Below, in pieces: positions 1 through 9,081 of a stretch of 64,000 nt of DNA; the stretch's first letter is position 1; the number at the start of each line of letters is the position of its first letter. The DNA is taken from IMG/VR virus record IMGVR_UViG_3300019373_000295. One strand, given 5' to 3'. The position numbers and the translations under genes were made by a program. The notes beneath the pieces are model-generated. The model saw nothing but the letters and a program-made list of their open reading frames with translations. It searched no databases and was not told where the DNA came from. This stretch comes from an uncultured virus (IMG/VR IMGVR_UViG_3300019373_000295). Lineage: Duplodnaviria; Heunggongvirae; Uroviricota; Caudoviricetes.

Positions 1-55
1 TTAGGAGACAAGATTATCAGGATTGTTCTGAGGAACTTTTCCGTTTGTCTGAGGG

Positions 56-133
56 CAAAGCAAAAGGCTCTGCAATTCTGCAAAGCCTCTGTGCTGCTTA
101 TTCGTCCTCGTCTGAACACTCCGACAGCCCGTG
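56..133 (-). repeat. Direct repeat copy 1: 3' end of a small gene (HGLSECSDEDE*) plus its terminator hairpin
   Basis: Closely matches 2121-2196; same 11 C-terminal residues followed by AGGCTTTGC..GCAGAGCCTTTT hairpin. Confidence 0.85.
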
Positions 134-203
134 AATAAGGTAAAAGGTGGCGAAAAATTCACGTTATCAAAATAATACTCAAAAAACATAAGAACTGCTG
201 TAC

Positions 204-1940
204 TCATCGGTACAGCAGTTCTCTTTTCATTAGGCATAAATCAAAAACATCTAATCTTTCGTCATTACACAAATCAGCAGCTCGCCATTGCGGAAGGTGC
301 GTATCGGGTACGGCAAGAAGCCATTTTTGTAATAAAACGACATCAGCTATATCAAGTATTCCATCAGCATTAACATCGCCCTTAACAAATGATGGTTTTT
401 CAAACGGATACGGAGGTTCGCCAAGTTCGGAGATTTCATCGCTTGCTGCTGATATTTCACCAACATTATCATTTTCACCTAAAGAATACTTTACACCATA
501 GAAAGGAATGCAGTAGTCATAATCAACTTCCCGATAATAAAAGCATACATCATCCCTGTATTCTGTAGGAAAATTTGGATCCCAGAGAATAATCCTACGG
601 TCATAGTTTTTACCGTCCCATTCCCAAGCACCTGATTCTATACCGCATCCTGCACAAGCGTGTCCACCATCTGCTGTTTCAAATGACAATAGAAATGGTT
701 TTCCTTTTTCTTCGGCTTGCCAGCCAAGTGAGATAATATGCTCAAAATAATCCACGTCAATGATACCCGAATGACTGTCTATGTCAAGCGATAATTTAGA
801 GAATTGAAGGAACTGATAATAATTTATAACAGACTGTACATCAGATTCGGGCGAAATATCCTTTGTTGTTGCAGCACCTTCCTGTAAATCTACTGGTGAA
901 AGTAAACCATATTTTATTAACAAGGCGGTAATCACTAAACCATGACATGATCCGTTCCATGCCTCATCAAAAGTTTGATACTTTTCTTCAATCTGCTCGG
1001 TAAGCTGTGAGCGAGCAGCGTCTGAAAGAAGATATGTATCACCGAATACATCTTTTATGTTTGCAAACTGCCATGTGTCCTCGTCGAGATCAAGTGCTCT
1101 GTTTCCAGCAGTCGGAGGGATCTCGGGTGCAGGAGAACAAGTGATATTAAGTTTCTTGGCTATGGGATTGGTGGAATAGATTATTTTCGGTTTGCAATTT
1201 ATAAATATAGGTTCTTCAATGCTTTTTACTGTATCTGGAATTGTAAGTGATTGCATTCGACTACGAAGCGTAAACGACTTTGTACCAATTCGCTTGACAC
1301 TATCAGGAATAACTACATTTATGTCATCTCCTGCATAGACTACAAGTAAACCGTTCGATAATATCAGCCAACCACCGTTTGTTTCTATAAGAGAGCGAAG
1401 GAATGGCGTTCCTGAAAATGAAGAGCTTGCTGCATAAGTTACCGAATCAGGAATGTCAACATTCTGTAGAGGTGTATTGCCGAATGCGCTCTCACCTATT
1501 TGGGTGACGGTATCAGGAATTGTAACCTTTGTGAGTCGAGAATTAAAAAAGACGGCGCTTGGTATTTCTGTAACTCCATAAGGAATATCCGCTTCTGTAA
1601 TCCACGTATTCTGAAAAGCACCATTTCCTATTGATTGGAGTCCTTCAGGAAAATTTATATCTGTCAAAGTAGATCTTGAAAATGCTGAATCACCAATCTT
1701 TGTGACAGAATCCGGAAGTGATACACGTTGAACCTTTTTATCGTAAAATGCATATTCTCCGATTGCAGTCACACCATCTGGAATCTCAACATCACTATCA
1801 GCACCATTATATCTAACAAGGACTCCGTTTTCAATGTCAAATTCGGGAGCATCAGTATCTACTGCAAAGACAAATAATGGACATACACATGAACAGAGCA
1901 TCAGCATTGTCGTAAGTAAGACTGTTAAACGTTTTTTCAT
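204..1940 (-). CDS. Secreted BspA-type leucine-rich-repeat protein with putative papain-like peptidase region and C-terminal type I dockerin
   Basis: Signal peptide; IPDSVTxIGxxAF repeats; GSCHG..GGHA..WDPN; dockerin GDVNADGILDIADVVLLQKWLL..AADLCNDERLDVFDLCLMKRELL. Confidence 0.9.
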   Translation of the reverse strand: MKKRLTVLLTTMLMLCSCVCPLFVFAVDTDAPEFDIENGVLVRYNGADSDVEIPDGVTAIGEYAFYDKKVQRVSLPDSVTKIGDSAFSRSTLTDINFPEGLQSIGNGAFQNTWITEADIPYGVTEIPSAVFFNSRLTKVTIPDTVTQIGESAFGNTPLQNVDIPDSVTYAASSSFSGTPFLRSLIETNGGWLILSNGLLVVYAGDDINVVIPDSVKRIGTKSFTLRSRMQSLTIPDTVKSIEEPIFINCKPKIIYSTNPIAKKLNITCSPAPEIPPTAGNRALDLDEDTWQFANIKDVFGDTYLLSDAARSQLTEQIEEKYQTFDEAWNGSCHGLVITALLIKYGLLSPVDLQEGAATTKDISPESDVQSVINYYQFLQFSKLSLDIDSHSGIIDVDYFEHIISLGWQAEEKGKPFLLSFETADGGHACAGCGIESGAWEWDGKNYDRRIILWDPNFPTEYRDDVCFYYREVDYDYCIPFYGVKYSLGENDNVGEISAASDEISELGEPPYPFEKPSFVKGDVNADGILDIADVVLLQKWLLAVPDTHLPQWRAADLCNDERLDVFDLCLMKRELLYR

Positions 1941-2120
1941 AATTAAACCTCCTGACTTTATGTCAAATGGGGTAACTTAAGATATGAAACGTCAGACACA
2001 TTTTTCGTCCTTAACCGCCTGACAGCGGCTTCTTTTCTTCATTATAACATTATATCTGTCGATTGTCAATTGAAGAAAGGATAATTTAACTGGTAAGGAT
2101 ATATTTTGTTCGTTTGAGAT

Positions 2121-2196
2121 CAAAGCAAAAGGCTCTGCATTTCGGCAAAGCCTTTGTTGCTTATTCGTCCTCGTCCGAACATTCTGACAGTCCATG
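2121..2196 (-). repeat. Direct repeat copy 2 (gene 3' end plus terminator)
   Basis: Matches 56-133. Confidence 0.85.
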
Positions 2197-2289
2197 TTTG
2201 AGCTGAATGTATATGCACTCTGCTCGGTCACGCTCCTCGCCCTCAGCAGTCACCATGAGGTCAAGGAAATGTGCTTTTGCCTGTTCGTA
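2161..2289 (-). pseudogene. 5'-truncated small acidic gene (YEQAKAHFLDLMVTAEGEERDRAECIYIQLKHGLSECSDEDE*), probable prophage target
   Basis: Protein-like reading frame with no proper start; in-frame stop at 2305-2307; lies just outside the recombinase terminator. Confidence 0.6.
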
Positions 2290-2343
2290 TAAGCATAAAG
2301 AAAGTCAATAGTAATCAGGACTAGTTAGTCCCAAAAACAAAAA

Positions 2344-2395
2344 ATCCCCCTCACCAGGCAAGAATTATCTCAACTTCCTACCTGATGAGGGGGAT
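2344..2395 (-). terminator. Intrinsic terminator of recombinase operon
   Basis: ATCCCCCTCA..TGAGGGGGAT stem followed by T-tract on minus strand. Confidence 0.7.
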
Positions 2396-2408
2396 CATAT
2401 TACTATAT

Positions 2409-3962
2409 TCACTTTTCCACGCTGACCGTCACACCGGACTTGAACTGAAACTCCAGATAGTCATCGTATACAGTCACTTTTTCAAGCAGCTTCTTTACGA
2501 GACTGCCGTCAAACATGCAAACCTTGCTCTTCTGCCGTTCTATAAATTTCAGCAGTTCCCGGATACGCTTCTTGTGTTCAGTTTTTGCGTTGTCGTCCAT
2601 TGCTGTCTGTGCCTGAAGTTCGCGCAGGCGCAGAATCTCCTCGGTGATGTCATCATAGTTTTCATGGCGCTCTGTTCTGTCGATCAGCTCCTGCTGCAGC
2701 TTTGCCATTTTCGCCGCCAGTGCTGCGACACTTTCCGGGTGTACCTCGTTGATCGCTGTTTCAAGGTTTTCTTTCAGCCTTGTCAGGTAATCATCGCTGT
2801 TCCCCACGATCTCATTGAGCGCATCAAGGAATGCTTCTATCAGCGTCTCCTCATTGACCGTTCTTGCATGACACTGATCCTTCTGCTTCAGTCTGGTCAG
2901 GCACCGCCACACGACTGACTTCTTGCCGCGATTATTCCAGTGGATCCTGCGATACTCCTCGCTGCATTCAGCGCAGAATACGATTTTTGAGAACGGGTGG
3001 TTTGCACTGAAATTCTTCCGTCTGCCAAAGCAGGCGTTCTGTTCACTGCGCCGTGCCATTTCCTCCTGCACCATCAGAAATATCTCTTTCGGGATAATTG
3101 CTTCATGGTCGTCCTCGACATAGTACTGCGGCTGCATACCTGTGTTCTTCACTCGCTTTTTGTTCAGGAAGTCCACTGTGCAGGTCTTTTGCAGGAGCGC
3201 ATCGCCCATATACTTCTCGTTTTCAAGTATCTTACGAATCGATGTGTCATGCCATTTTGCCTTCCCGCGGGAGGTCAGGATGCCGTCACGCTCTAAGCCC
3301 TGCGCGATCTTCTTGCAGCTTTTCCCCTCAAGGTACTCTCTGAAAATGCGTTTGACGATCTCAGCCTGTTCCTGGTTTATGATTAGGTGACCGTTCTCGT
3401 CCTTGTCGTAGCCGAGGAAATTGCGTGCGTTCACCATCACTTTCCCTTGCTGAAATCGGTAATGAATACCCATTTTTGTATTTTTACTGAGGGATTCGGA
3501 TTCTTGCTGCGCCAGTGACGCCATGATCGTCAGGAGAACTTCTCCCCTAGTATCCATCGTATTGATGGATTCTTTCTCAAAGTACACAGGGATATTCATA
3601 CCCTTCAGCATACGGATATAATTCAGGCAGTCCACGGTATTTCGGGCGAATCGGCTGATAGATTTGGTCAGGATCATGTCGATCATACCCTTTTTGCAGT
3701 CCTCGATCATCGCATTGAATTCCTCTCTGCCTTTGGTCGAGGTCGCCGAGATACCTTCATCTGCGTATACCCTGACCATTTCCCATTCGGGTTTTGAATT
3801 GATGTACTCTGTATAGTGCTGGATCTGGCTTTCATAGCTGGATGCCTGTTCTTCATTGTCCGTGCTGACACGGCAGTATGCCGCTACACGAAGCTTCTTT
3901 ATCTCCGTTTTGGAAGCATTGTTGCCCTTCTGCGGTTTTGCAGGAATTTTGATCACGTTCAT
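2409..3962 (-). CDS. Large serine recombinase
   Basis: RVAAYCRVS catalytic motif, KSISRFARN, recombinase domain, Zn-ribbon CAEC..C..C, coiled coil. Confidence 0.95.
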   Translation of the reverse strand: MNVIKIPAKPQKGNNASKTEIKKLRVAAYCRVSTDNEEQASSYESQIQHYTEYINSKPEWEMVRVYADEGISATSTKGREEFNAMIEDCKKGMIDMILTKSISRFARNTVDCLNYIRMLKGMNIPVYFEKESINTMDTRGEVLLTIMASLAQQESESLSKNTKMGIHYRFQQGKVMVNARNFLGYDKDENGHLIINQEQAEIVKRIFREYLEGKSCKKIAQGLERDGILTSRGKAKWHDTSIRKILENEKYMGDALLQKTCTVDFLNKKRVKNTGMQPQYYVEDDHEAIIPKEIFLMVQEEMARRSEQNACFGRRKNFSANHPFSKIVFCAECSEEYRRIHWNNRGKKSVVWRCLTRLKQKDQCHARTVNEETLIEAFLDALNEIVGNSDDYLTRLKENLETAINEVHPESVAALAAKMAKLQQELIDRTERHENYDDITEEILRLRELQAQTAMDDNAKTEHKKRIRELLKFIERQKSKVCMFDGSLVKKLLEKVTVYDDYLEFQFKSGVTVSVEK

Positions 3963-4351
3963 TTTATCACCCCTATCAAACTGTACACATATTCTGCCTG
4001 TGCGATTGGATCGTCATATTGCATTTCCGGTTCAGCAAGTGTAAATTCTGTATAGACGGGCGGTGTTTTCAGCCGTTTCCCGCTGCCATGCTTTTCAGCT
4101 CTGCGGATCAGTTCGGCATTTGCCTTTGTGAATGTTTGCCTGCTGACGATCGCAGGATAAAACTCGTCTCCGATATAGCAGATGTTCCGGATGATGCGCT
4201 TCACCATGCTGTGAACCATAGGCTTTCCGGCATTTTCTGCAGCCTCACGCAGGCTCATGCCGGAAATATACCCGCTAAAAATCGCTCTGATCGCACAGGC
4301 TTCGGTTTCATCAATCATTGCTTTTCCGTCAATTATTCTGTACCCGTACAT
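3959..4351 (-). CDS. Small recombinase-domain protein without catalytic domain
   Basis: MYGYRI..EA..IR.IF..Y..G.S..YPAIVS..F pattern; sits between two LSRs; start moved to ATG after GGAGG. Confidence 0.8.
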   Translation of the reverse strand: MYGYRIIDGKAMIDETEACAIRAIFSGYISGMSLREAAENAGKPMVHSMVKRIIRNICYIGDEFYPAIVSRQTFTKANAELIRRAEKHGSGKRLKTPPVYTEFTLAEPEMQYDDPIAQAEYVYSLIGVIK

Positions 4352-5883
4352 AACTCCTCCTTCAGTGTCAGTCCACATTTCAGACGAAATCCGATGCTTG
4401 TGCGGGAATAGACGATAATGCTGTCCACATATTCCGTGAAAGCTTCATCGCTGAATTCTGTCTGTGTTTCGAGTGATTCTATGAAATGCAGCAGCTTTTC
4501 CGTTTCCTTGATGCTTCCGTTCACAGCGGTCTTTTCCTGATTTTTCAGTGCAGCGCGGTATTCCTCGTTCTGCTGTTCGATCCGTCTCAGCTCCTGTGTA
4601 TACATTACGCTGTCAAGGAATCCTCCGACACGGAGTTTTCTGAGCTCCTGCTTTCTGTCCGTATTCTTCTGCAGCGCTGCCTTAATATCCATTATACTCA
4701 GGAGATGATCGTCAGCATCGGTAAGTTTCAGTGCTTCCAGATACGGAGACAGGATAAACTGATAGCCGAAGATCAGCTTGTTCAGCATGGTCACGAATGC
4801 CGCTTTGACTGCCGCATCCTTTATGAACTTCATAGAACAGGAAGCCTTATCATACAGGTGTGTCGTACAAGCCCACGCAATTCCGGTGGTCTGCGTCTGC
4901 CGCTTGAACTTACCGCCGCATTCACCGCAGATGATTTTGCCGGAAAACGGATACTTATTCTGATACTTTCCGACATCCGCTTCAATATTATGCTCTTCAG
5001 CATGCTTTTGCAGGACAAGCTGTACCTTGTCAAACATCTCTCTGCTGATGAGCGGCTCATGATGCTCCTCCGCATAGTAGCTGTCAACTTCACCGTGATT
5101 GTTGTGCCGTCGAAAGCTGCTGTCCGTATAGGTTTTCATAAACGCGGCAGCGCCGTAGTATTTTTCGTTCACAAGTATTCCTTTGATCGTTGAGCCCGAC
5201 CATTTTCCGCCCTTGCGGGTGGGAATCCTCCTGCTTTCAAGCATCTGAGCGATCTTGTATGTTCCCATTCCGTTCAGAGCCGATGAAAAGATCAGGCGGA
5301 TCACTTCAGCTTCAGTTGGTTCGATGACATAATTGCCGTTGGCATCTTTTGTATAGCCATACGGCGGATAACCGAATTTGAAGGTTCCCGCTTCGATTCT
5401 CTGCTGTATCGACCATTTCACGTTCTTGGAGATCGACTCCGATTCATTCTGCGCCATGCTGCTGAGCATTGACAGGATCAGTTCACTATCCATCGAGCCG
5501 GTGTCAATGTTTTCCTTTTCAAAGTAGATTGGGATATTGCAGGATAACAGTTCCCGCACCAGCGACAGGCAGTCAGCAGTATTACGGGAAAAACGGCTGA
5601 TCGATTTTGTCAGCACATAGTCGATGCTTCCTGTACGGCAGGCATACAGAAGTGCCTGAAGGCCGTCACGGGAATCTGCCTTTGTTCCGCTGATACCGAA
5701 ATCATAGAACACGCCTGCAAATTCCCAGTCGGAATGCCGTTTGATCCATGATTCATAATGAGTTTTCTGGGCTTCAAGACTCTCCTTCTGGTCAGTGTTC
5801 TCAGTACTGACACGGCAGTAAGCGGCCACACGCAGTTTCTTTGCGGCAACGGGTTCCTGTGCATCGATTTTTCTTATGATCAT
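4333..5883 (-). CDS. Large serine recombinase
   Basis: RVAAYCRVS, KSISRFSRN, CGECGG Zn ribbon. Confidence 0.95.
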   Translation of the reverse strand: MIIRKIDAQEPVAAKKLRVAAYCRVSTENTDQKESLEAQKTHYESWIKRHSDWEFAGVFYDFGISGTKADSRDGLQALLYACRTGSIDYVLTKSISRFSRNTADCLSLVRELLSCNIPIYFEKENIDTGSMDSELILSMLSSMAQNESESISKNVKWSIQQRIEAGTFKFGYPPYGYTKDANGNYVIEPTEAEVIRLIFSSALNGMGTYKIAQMLESRRIPTRKGGKWSGSTIKGILVNEKYYGAAAFMKTYTDSSFRRHNNHGEVDSYYAEEHHEPLISREMFDKVQLVLQKHAEEHNIEADVGKYQNKYPFSGKIICGECGGKFKRQTQTTGIAWACTTHLYDKASCSMKFIKDAAVKAAFVTMLNKLIFGYQFILSPYLEALKLTDADDHLLSIMDIKAALQKNTDRKQELRKLRVGGFLDSVMYTQELRRIEQQNEEYRAALKNQEKTAVNGSIKETEKLLHFIESLETQTEFSDEAFTEYVDSIIVYSRTSIGFRLKCGLTLKEELCTGTE

Positions 5884-5910
5884 GGCATTACCTCCTTTTG
5901 TCAGTACACT

Positions 5911-5939
5911 ATATTAACTCTGGTTTGACGATTTTTCAA
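5911..5939 (-). promoter_or_regulatory. Sigma-A-type promoter for recombinase operon
   Basis: TTGAAA-17bp-TAATAT upstream of AGGAGG RBS of 5883. Confidence 0.55.
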
Positions 5940-6105
5940 GTGTTTTCGGTAATAAGTCCGCCAACATCGGTGAGAAAGATTCGCGGTTCAGCTCCGTTAA
6001 TTTGTCACATTCGTCAGTTGTGATCATGCCGCTTTCAAACAGCGCTCTTGTGATTGTCTGCGCTCTGAAATAATTGATCTCGTCAATGATTTTCTGCTGT
6101 TCCAT
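5914..6105 (-). CDS. Small SHOCT-like protein preceding the recombinases
   Basis: 63 aa, L.ESGMIT.DE..KL motif, GGAGG RBS. Confidence 0.7.
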   Translation of the reverse strand: MEQQKIIDEINYFRAQTITRALFESGMITTDECDKLTELNRESFSPMLADLLPKTLEKSSNQS

Positions 6106-6168
6106 AGCATACCTCCGTTTCTGTTAGCATGGATATGTATAAATGTATGGCTATGTGGGCATAGCACA

Positions 6169-6197
6169 TTGACTTTTTCCGGGATGAGATGTATAAT
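6169..6197 (+). promoter_or_regulatory. Moron promoter
   Basis: TTGACT-17bp-TATAAT. Confidence 0.75.
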
Positions 6198-6311
6198 GAA
6201 AACAGACAGGGGCAATCTAATCTCCCCTACAAATCGGAATTTATTAATCTATGCATTGTAAGAAATAATCAACCGGAAGAAAAATACAATGCAGGAATTC
6301 GGAGGTTAAAA

Positions 6312-7151
6312 ATGAATTATCCTTATACAGTAGGCTTTGGCAAAGTCGATGAAGAAAATAAGCCTTATTGGAACGAAGAGGCACATGAATATCTGATCAT
6401 CACCACCGACGATGAACAGAACTGCTACAGTCAGACAATCAACGGTAAACAAACGAATTATAAAACTTCAAGAACCGTTCTCGGACACATAGACCTGACC
6501 ACGGGTGAGCAATACAGTGGAAAGGATGCTGTTTTTTGGGAAATGACTCCTGAGGAACACGATACGGAATTATACAAAAAACTGTTCAAAGGCGGTGTCG
6601 TTTATCATATCCGTGCTGCAATGCAGAAGAAAAATGTCGTTCTGTACCCGATTGAGGTCCTCGGCATTGCAGACAACGAGCCTTTTTTGGAACAGCTATA
6701 TGCTGCATATGTTGAGGAACGTGACCGTCCTGTATATCTTCAGACAAAACTGTTCGGAGACCTGCTGCTCAACAAGAGGTACAACAGTTTTGACGGGACT
6801 TTTGAATATATGGGACATAAAATTGAATTCAGCATCGACAACAGCGATGGCGCTACAAAAACTGTTTCCAAACTCGAAGCTTTTGTTCAGGATTTCAAAG
6901 CTCATGATGAGAAAATGCGCCGTTTCGCAGCAGAAAAGCTCACTTCTCTTGCAAATGAATGGGCAGATGAAGAAGGCGAAGCACACATTACCGAAGAAGA
7001 GTTTTATTCGCTATTAGTTCCGGAAGGTATAGATATGAGGAGCACCGGTCGGTATATCGTATACTATACGGACGGAGGAGCATTCGGCGGTCATTCCGTA
7101 GAAGTAAGCGGTAATTCAAAGGGACCTACTAAAGCTCAAATAACCGGCTGA
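6312..7151 (+). CDS. DUF2262-like moron protein
   Basis: C-terminal AAEKLTSLANEW..ITEEEF..YYTDGGAFGGHSVEV pattern; GGAGG RBS before ATG 6312; opposite strand to phage genes. Confidence 0.7.
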   Translation: MNYPYTVGFGKVDEENKPYWNEEAHEYLIITTDDEQNCYSQTINGKQTNYKTSRTVLGHIDLTTGEQYSGKDAVFWEMTPEEHDTELYKKLFKGGVVYHIRAAMQKKNVVLYPIEVLGIADNEPFLEQLYAAYVEERDRPVYLQTKLFGDLLLNKRYNSFDGTFEYMGHKIEFSIDNSDGATKTVSKLEAFVQDFKAHDEKMRRFAAEKLTSLANEWADEEGEAHITEEEFYSLLVPEGIDMRSTGRYIVYYTDGGAFGGHSVEVSGNSKGPTKAQITG

Positions 7152-7179
7152 CAAATTCTGAGTTGTCACAGTATGTACC

Positions 7180-7201
7180 GGGCAGAGAACTACCTCTGCC
7201 C
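7180..7201. terminator. Hairpin between convergent genes
   Basis: GGGCAGAG-aactac-CTCTGCCC. Confidence 0.6.
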
Positions 7202-7208
7202 TATTGTT

Positions 7209-8393
7209 TTACTCCTTCATAAGCGTGCCCTTGTAGGTTTCCGTGCCAATCATGATGGTAGCGGTCACGGTGGTATCGGGCTTATCGGGTGCAGGCGTTG
7301 AAGTTGGCTCTGCCTTACCCCAGCCGTTCAGCCCTTTGCTCTTGATAGTAGTCGGGAAATCCTTATAGCAGATATCCAGATCCACATTGCCGTTGATGCC
7401 GGCGACCTTGCCCTTCTCAGAATGCTGCCAGATACCGTATGTGCCACTGTAATTGGTCTGTTCGACCCAATGTGCCAACCAGATCGTGTACCAGGACTTG
7501 ATATCATCGGCTGTATGCGTGGTCAACGAAGAAGCAGAGCCGTACAGGCCAACAAAATAGCCTGCACCCTCAACCTTTTTGAGGAACGCACGCATGATCG
7601 CGGAGACCGATTCCTTGCCGAGGTCGAACTGCTTCTTTTCCTCAAGGTCGAAATAGACGGGCATCTCGAACTGCTTTCCTTTGATAACAGAAAGGAACAC
7701 ATCGGCTTCCAGTTCCGCTTCCTCCGGAGTCATGGCGTAGGAGTACCAGTATGCGCCGACCGGAATGCCAGCGGCCTTTGCACCTGAGTAGTTCTGCTCG
7801 AACTTCTCATCCTTCTGCGATGCCAGTCTGCCGTAGCCAGCTCTCAGGATGGCAAAGTCGATGCCGTCTGCTTTGACCTTACCCCAGTCGATATCGCCGT
7901 TGTGTACACTTACATCAATGCCCTTCATATCCTCACCCCCGAAATACTTGTAGAAATCATCGGTCACAGAGTTGTTGCCGTGGACTTCATCGCCGTACCA
8001 CTTCTTGCCGGAACGGACATCAACATGTGTATACTGATATGCGGCTGTGATGTTTGCGATACCTCTGAAACCGATATCCTGCGCCTTGCAGCAGACAGTT
8101 TTAGAGGAAATTGGCTGTCCGTCCTGCCCGTAGCAGCAGATGTCAGCAGCATTGCCGAGTGTATGCTGTCCGGTGCCGCTGCCCTTCACCGCCTTGTCGT
8201 GAGCGGAACATCTGAAGCCGGAAGTCACAATGATCTTAGAACAGTTGAGGGCGGCATACAGCTGTTCCAGCTTTTGCACCAGTTCATCGGACACACTGAA
8301 CTCGTGCTCTTTTCCGCACTTACAGCGGAACTCTTTTGCATTGAAATGTTGGGTGATCTGTGTAGTGTCACCATATTCATATTTTCTGATCAT
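7209..8393 (-). CDS. Endolysin: peptidase M15A domain fused to GH25 lysozyme
   Basis: EFRCKCG..SGFRC..QHTLGNAADI..HVDVR, then KGIDVS..YFDLEE..WQH..VDLD. Confidence 0.9.
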   Translation of the reverse strand: MIRKYEYGDTTQITQHFNAKEFRCKCGKEHEFSVSDELVQKLEQLYAALNCSKIIVTSGFRCSAHDKAVKGSGTGQHTLGNAADICCYGQDGQPISSKTVCCKAQDIGFRGIANITAAYQYTHVDVRSGKKWYGDEVHGNNSVTDDFYKYFGGEDMKGIDVSVHNGDIDWGKVKADGIDFAILRAGYGRLASQKDEKFEQNYSGAKAAGIPVGAYWYSYAMTPEEAELEADVFLSVIKGKQFEMPVYFDLEEKKQFDLGKESVSAIMRAFLKKVEGAGYFVGLYGSASSLTTHTADDIKSWYTIWLAHWVEQTNYSGTYGIWQHSEKGKVAGINGNVDLDICYKDFPTTIKSKGLNGWGKAEPTSTPAPDKPDTTVTATIMIGTETYKGTLMKE

Positions 8394-8431
8394 TTTCTTG
8401 TCCTTTCTGCGAATAATCGCGGTATATAGGC

Positions 8432-8460
8432 TTGACAGCAGATTATAAAAATGCTATAAT
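8432..8460 (+). promoter_or_regulatory. Perfect consensus sigma-A promoter of moron
   Basis: TTGACA-17bp-TATAAT. Confidence 0.9.
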
Positions 8461-8487
8461 GAGAAAAAACACGGAGGTGCATGAACA

Positions 8488-9039
8488 ATGCCAAGAAAAC
8501 CTGCAAACCCGAAAACCGATACTGTTAAGAAAACGACACGCAAGAGGAAAGTTGAAGATGCAGTTGTTGAGGCTGCTGTTGCAGAAACTCCTGCTGTTGC
8601 TGATGCACCGGCTGCTGAGAAGCTTGTAAAAAAGAGAGGCAGAAAGCCTGCTGCGAAAAAGACTGAGCCCGAAAAGCATGATATCGTAAAGGTTGCTACG
8701 CTTGCGCCTGGCGAACTGAAAGAGCTTATCAATGCTCCTGCACCTACAACACCGTTCCCGGCATCCGATGATCCGTCAAAGGATATTGTTCAGACTACAC
8801 GCAAGCCGAGAGTGAAAAAGACGGACAAAAAGGCAGAGCCTGTTTTTTCCACACTTGTTCAGGTCGGAGATGCAGAGTACGATATCTCGGATATTGCTGC
8901 AAAAGCATATAAGGCATACAAGTCCACGCATAAGCGTAAGGCTGTAACCGAATTCCGTGTTTATGTCAAGCCCGAAGAGGGTGTGGCATACTTCACTGTA
9001 AACGGTGAAGGTTCACCTGATTTCAAGATCAATCTTTAA
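8488..9039 (+). CDS. Lys/Ala/Pro-rich histone-like protein with DUF6465-like C-terminus (moron)
   Basis: KKRGRKPAAKK-type repeats; C-terminal VYVKPEEGVAYFTVNG; GGAGG RBS. Confidence 0.75.
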   Translation: MPRKPANPKTDTVKKTTRKRKVEDAVVEAAVAETPAVADAPAAEKLVKKRGRKPAAKKTEPEKHDIVKVATLAPGELKELINAPAPTTPFPASDDPSKDIVQTTRKPRVKKTDKKAEPVFSTLVQVGDAEYDISDIAAKAYKAYKSTHKRKAVTEFRVYVKPEEGVAYFTVNGEGSPDFKINL

Positions 9040-9058
9040 TACACCATCTCCTTTATAA

Positions 9059-9081
9059 TGCAGTCGAGTGATCGGCTGCAT
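9059..9081. terminator. Hairpin between convergent genes
   Basis: TGCAGTCGA-gtga-TCGGCTGCA. Confidence 0.55.

Noticed and set aside
56..133. Riboswitch or ncRNA explanation for the left-edge repeat
   Set aside because: Differences between the copies are synonymous in one reading frame, which fits a coding 3' end plus terminator.
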